A stretch of 25,406 bases of DNA, taken from assembly GCA_050230475.1 (NCBI GenBank), contig JBFLGF010000044.1, forward strand, positions 62,001 through 87,406, given 5' to 3'. Under the pieces are notes generated by a model. That model searched no databases, was not told the origin of the DNA, and worked only from the letters and a program-made list of their open reading frames with translations. The stretch is from Ancylonema sp. (Eukaryota). Both the position numbers and the translations under genes were made by a program. The number at the start of each line of letters is the position of its first letter. The first letter of the stretch is position 1. This document shows positions 20,922 through 25,406 of this stretch, in pieces.

Positions 20922-21177
20922 TGGAGTTCCCATCGTGCTGTTCTTTATAATTCTCTCTTTTTCAAAACTAGAGTGGTTTAATATCCTTTATTAAAGTTTT
21001 CTAATCCTTTCTGGTTTTTTTTGGTTTTTGATTTTTTATTTTTTAACCTTCTTTTTCAAGGTTGTTAACCCCCGGAATTTTGGGACCTTCCAAAGTTATA
21101 TTCCAAAGTTCGGTATAGTATTGTTTTGCCAAGTAGCCGCTTACAATGCTTTATCGGTAGAAGGACCCACTTTATGA

Positions 21178-22005
21178 GGGAAACAAAATGACCCACCCCT
21201 AAACAACGCGTAATTTTGGCCGTGTCAGTACCGTATTAATTATGATACTATTACCCTTGAGGGGTAACTTTCGGCTGCCGTTTTACTTCTGATTTTTCCG
21301 ATTTTTTTTGGCACTACACCGTAAAATCTGTTCACATACTTTTATCTCAAATTTATTCGCCGTTCATCCGTTCACATAACACCGAAAAAATCGTTCACTT
21401 TCCTTTACCTCAAATTGACTTGCCGTTCATCCGTTCACTTTACACTTAAAAATCCGTTCACTTTTATTCATCTCAAGTTTTTTCGACATTCATCCGTTCG
21501 CTTTAGACCCAGAAATCCAATCACTTTCATTATATTTCATCTTTATTCGCCGTTCATCCGTTCTCAAATTTACCCGCCGTTCATCCGTTCACTTTACACT
21601 AAAAAACTCGTTCACTTTCCTTTACCTCAAATTCATTCGCTGTTCATCCGTTCACTTTACAGGGAAAAATCCGTTCACTTTCCTTTACCTCATATTCATT
21701 CGCCGTTCATCCGTTCACTTTACACCAAAAAAACGTTCACTTTCCTTGATCTCAATTTTATTTGCCGTTCATCCGTTCAGTTCACTCTAGAAAATCCGTT
21801 CACTTTTCCTTTATCTCGAATATATTCGCCGTCTATCCTTCCGTTTTACCCTGAAAATTCCGTTCACTTTCCTTTATCTTAAATTTATTCGCCGTTCATC
21901 AGTTTACTTTACACTAAACCGTCCGTTCACTTTTATTCATCTCAAATTTGTTCGCCGTCCATCTGAACACTTCACATTGAAAATTCCGTTCACTTTTTTT
22001 TATCT
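21178..22005 (+). repeat. Unique leader plus tandem array of ~63-bp units (about 10-11 copies, three CCGTTCA cores per unit)
   Basis: Consensus approximately TTTATCTCAAATTTATTCGCCGTTCATCCGTTCACTTTACACTAAAAATCCGTTCACTTTCC from ~21330. The array is cut mid-unit by the LTR at 22006. Confidence 0.9.
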
Positions 22006-22777
22006 TGTTAGGACCCTCGCTATAGTTAGTCACTAGGGCTCCCTAGCGAGGTCCCCACACTTAGCGCTAGAGCGCTACTAGCTCAGTTTTCCCTATAACG
22101 AGTTATGTCCCTATATAGTGAGAGTTGTGTCCCTAGCGGCCGTATGGCCCCTAGGGAGTATTCTGATGTGTCCTTAGCTCAGGCACTTGTGCTTTTTAGC
22201 CAGACTTGATGTGTCATTACCATATTCAGATGTCCCATCCTAGAGTCGGCTAGGGCCGACTTTCCTATATCTAGTCGATAGGAATGCCTCTAGAGCATTC
22301 CTATCAACTCATGTACTTGCACTCATATTTTTTCTTGAGTCATTATTACACCACAACCATTCAATCCGGCTCACGCCATCTTGTCCTATCCGGCATTTCG
22401 CCATCCTCTTGCTTGTGTGCACATTGCAACTAGCTTGCTAGGGACTTAGCCGCAGATGTGACTGGTTCAAGGAGTGAGAAATCCTCATTCCTAACTCGAA
22501 CTGTATAGTGAAATCTCGGCTAGGGCGACTTCACTACAAATGTGGGACAATGAGTATCGCTCTCAACGATCAACTGAAGTCGCATACAAGAACTAGTCGC
22601 TCTAAGCGATCAACACTCGATATAACAATAGCGAAACTCTACAAGGGCTCTAGCTCTCCCTAGAGCGACCTAAGTCGCGGTACAAGAACACACACTCGCT
22701 ACTAGCACACTAGACTAATAGCGCTAGGTTAGGGAACTCGCTAAGGAGCCCTAGGGACTATAGCGAGGGTCCTAACA
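22006..22777 (-). repeat. 3' LTR (772 bp) of the chromovirus
   Basis: TGTTAGG...CCTAACA termini. A PPT (AGAGGGGGGGG + TAC on the - strand, 22781-22791) abuts 22777, directly downstream of the chromodomain. Confidence 0.92.
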
Positions 22778-22780
22778 GTA

Positions 22781-22791
22781 CCCCCCCCTCT
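22781..22791 (-). promoter_or_regulatory. Polypurine tract of the chromovirus
   Basis: + strand CCCCCCCCTCT, 3 nt from the LTR edge. Confidence 0.85.
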
Positions 22792-24685
22792 AGGCGCGGA
22801 CCGCGGGGCGCGGGGAGCAAGACGGGCGGGGAAACGGTGATGGAAATCCGCGAGGACCGCAGTGGCATGTCGGAGATTCTGTGCAGGCTCCCAGGAGCGC
22901 TCTGATTCGTCGAAGCCCTCCCAGTCAACGAGGTAGTACAGCTTGCCACGCAAGAATTTGGAATCCAGCACCGAGCGACTTCCCACGATGACCGGCGGAG
23001 GCTGCGGCACGTCACGGCCAGGAAAAGGATTTTTCACATATGGCCCGCAGAAGCGCCACGTGGAAAACGGGATGAATGCGGATGGACGGCGGGAGCTCCA
23101 AGCGGAAAGCAGAAGAGCCAACTGGACCAATCACAGGAAAAGGCCCGAGGCGACGGACGTCCAATTTCGCAGAGGCACCTGTTGAAGCGACGTGGCGCCG
23201 GAGGAGCCACACTTTATCGCTAGGCTGGAGGGATGGGGCAGCCCGACGCTTCCGATTGGCCGATCGCTCCATAACAATTTGGGGTTTTTTCAGCGACGTC
23301 TCGAGGAGAATCTGTGCGTCGTGAATCACCTTCACGTACGCATCCGCCGACGGGGTTGGGGACTCCGGGGGGAGGGAGGGAGGAGGGAGAATTGGGGATG
23401 GAAACCGTGGTTGGCGAAGAACGGGGTCAGGGATGTGGCAGAATGGCAGGGAATTGTTGTAGGAAAATTCTGCCATGGACAGCAGACTCCGACCAATCCG
23501 ATTGCTGGTAATCGGTGTAGATGCGTAAATACTGCTCGAGGACATAATTGAGGCGCTCCGTCTAGCCATCCGTATGAGGGTGAAAAGCAGTCGAGCGGTT
23601 GGCTTGGATACCGCACAACTGCAGCAGCCGTCTCCAAAAACGGCTGGTAAAGACGGGATCGCGGTCGGAAATGATGGTGGAGGGCATGCCATGGAGCCGC
23701 ACCACCTCCCGCAAAGAAAATGGCCGGGCGACGTCAGGAGCTGGTGTCGCTTTCGTCGTAGGGATGAAGTGAACAGCCTTAGTAAGACGGTCGACCACCA
23801 CCAGAATCGCATCGTGGTAGTTAGATGGCGGGAGGTCTGTGATCCAGTCCATGGAGATACAGCTCCACGGCCTCTCAGGGATAGGATTCGGGGATAGCAG
23901 GCCGTAGGGTGCATGGCGGACGGGTTTATTCCGCGCACACGTGTCACAACTGCGGACGTAGGCCTCCACCGCCTTATAAATTCCCAGCCAGTAGAAGTAC
24001 TGCGCCACGAGCGCATGGGTGCGAGCAACACCGTTATGGCCCGCCAAGGGCGCGTCGTGGAATTGCTTCAGAATTTGGAGTATTAGGGAAGTAGCAGCAG
24101 GCGGGATAACCAAGCGATTCTGGCGATACAGCAAACCATCGCGTAGACAATAGGGAGATGACCTGCCTGAGGGTTCGAAGGGGTTTGAATCCTCCTCAGG
24201 TCTTTTGGCCATTTTGTCGCGTATGGCGAGAGTGTCGGGATCGAGAAGCTGCGCCTCACGGATAATAGGTAAGTCCGTGGGGGAGATGAAAAGCGCAGCA
24301 GCTCGGAGGGGGGGGGGAAACAGGGGAAACAGGAGAGGGAAATCGTCCGGGGGGGAAATAGGGGAATGGGAATCGGAGAGGATAGGGAGCTCGGGGAGCG
24401 GGTCTGGCTGGTAGTCTGGACGGCGGGAGAGACGGAGGGATAGGGAAGTGGCTGCCAGGAGCACAGGGGGGGGCCGGTTGGGTTGGCAGGGGTGGGAAAG
24501 AGGGATTTTAGAAGTGGGCTCGGGAGACTCAGCGCGGCTGGAAGGCATTCACTCTGGCAGTGGGGGGACGTGAACCACAAAGTGCCGGCTTGCAAGTCGA
24601 TGGACGGGTAGTGGCGCTAGAGCTAAGGGTAGCCTAGCACCATGGGGAAGTGGACGTGGCGAGTGACGTCAAACTGAAGGTTCTA
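22792..24685 (-). pseudogene. pol: Ty3/gypsy chromovirus pol remnant: protease C-terminus, integrase (HHCC, DDE core, GPF) and chromodomain; RT-RNase H deleted; 5' truncated
   Basis: LQFDVTRHVHFPMVLGYP*L*RHYPSIDLQAGTLWFTSPHCQSECL (~24683-24543); LSRRPDY; HDAPLAGH...CDTC; PWSCISMDWITDLP; IISDRDPVFTSRFW; STAFHPHTDG*TER; AEFSYNN; LGPFPV..HPVFHVALL; VLDSK..GKLYYLVDWEGFDESERSWEPAQNL. Confidence 0.95.
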
Positions 24686-24739
24686 TAACTCGAAGTGTCT
24701 TCATCCAAAAAGCATCGAAAGTACATATATTTCGCCATT

Positions 24740-24925
24740 ATCTTCATACAAACCCTTGGTGCATTTCAATTTGTGTTATCGTTCCGCAACAACATTGCCC
24801 ATTTCTTTATGTTTTCAAAGGAGGAAATATCGATCTTCATACAAACCCTTGGTGCATTTCAATTTGTGTTATCGTTCCGCAACAACATTGCCCATTTCTT
24901 TATGTTTTCAAAGGAGGAAATATCG
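24740..24925. repeat. Perfect 93-bp tandem duplication
   Basis: 24740-24832 is identical to 24833-24925. Confidence 0.95.
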
Positions 24926-25406
24926 TACGTATCTTGTGCGTTAAGATGTGATTCATAATCTTATCATTTCATGGGAGTGTCACATCATTGGATGGCTTCG
25001 AATTATAGGAACAAAAAATAGGCAATACTTGGAACCATATGTGAAGTGATATTTTCTCGTCGGTGAGGAGGACTGTAAGTGGCACTTCGGTAATGAACAC
25101 GTCAGGGTTTGGATTCGGGCCCCAAAATCTTATAAATTATTGGAATACCTACTCAACACCCAAATTATAATAAATAAAAGTGCCGCAATCATAACTTGCC
25201 GCAATAAAAAATGGACTAATACGCAATCATAGTTTTACTACCATACCATGGTGGCACATGGACCAGATTATCGGCAAGAACGTGTGCGATGCTGATGGAC
25301 GGCATCGTCAAGTCGCCAAAGAGGGACTCAAGAGTGACTTTCGTTGCAACCGTCGGTTCGTCCATATACTCATGTTACGCTTTGAACCAACCCCAAGCTT
25401 TGGACA

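Noticed and set aside
21330..22005. CRISPR-like appearance of the regular array
   Set aside because: Whole units are similar to each other with no unique spacers, there are no cas genes, and the context is eukaryotic TE sequence.
9516..24625. Alternative genetic code (TAG = Gln) or programmed read-through
   Set aside because: TAG also replaces an expected Trp (LGYP*L), and the same elements carry frameshifts, deletions and catalytic-site substitutions, so decay explains the stops.
24860..24930. Rab-GTPase-like peptide YDISSFENIKKW on the - strand
   Set aside because: A short match bounded by stops, with no G-box motifs nearby.

Overview
Eukaryotic, gene-free, transposon-dense window. The host is probably a green plant or alga (inference from element types and a CAG/CTG-decay signature). 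No intact host gene, rRNA, tRNA or CRISPR array is visible. It holds at least six decayed LTR-retrotransposon pieces. Three are Ty1/copia: a Gly/Ser-rich linker plus RT C-terminus/RNase H at ~6.1-7.3 kb (+), gag-protease with three zinc knuckles at ~9.3-11.3 kb (-), and protease-integrase-RT start at 19.2-20.9 kb (+). Two are related Ty3/gypsy-like gag elements: ~2.0-2.9 kb (-), and 11.6-15.66 kb (+) with a protease, PPT and LTR start but no RT/RH/IN. One is a chromovirus at 22.0-24.7 kb (-) with protease joined almost directly to integrase. There are also micro/minisatellites and two inverted copies of a leader plus ~63-bp array element (3.37-3.58 kb and 21.18-22.0 kb). The best unexplained signal is a ~610-nt non-coding block (7327-7940), right after the copia RNase H stop, packed with more than ten stems whose imperfect pairs are mostly G-U on the + strand: a candidate large structured RNA. 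Also notable is the chromovirus LTR, with a 21-bp perfect and ~65-bp imperfect terminal inverted repeat and 20 CTAG sites. All alignments and folds were done by eye, boundaries are approximate, and single Ns at 1419 and 3367 may mark assembly joins.
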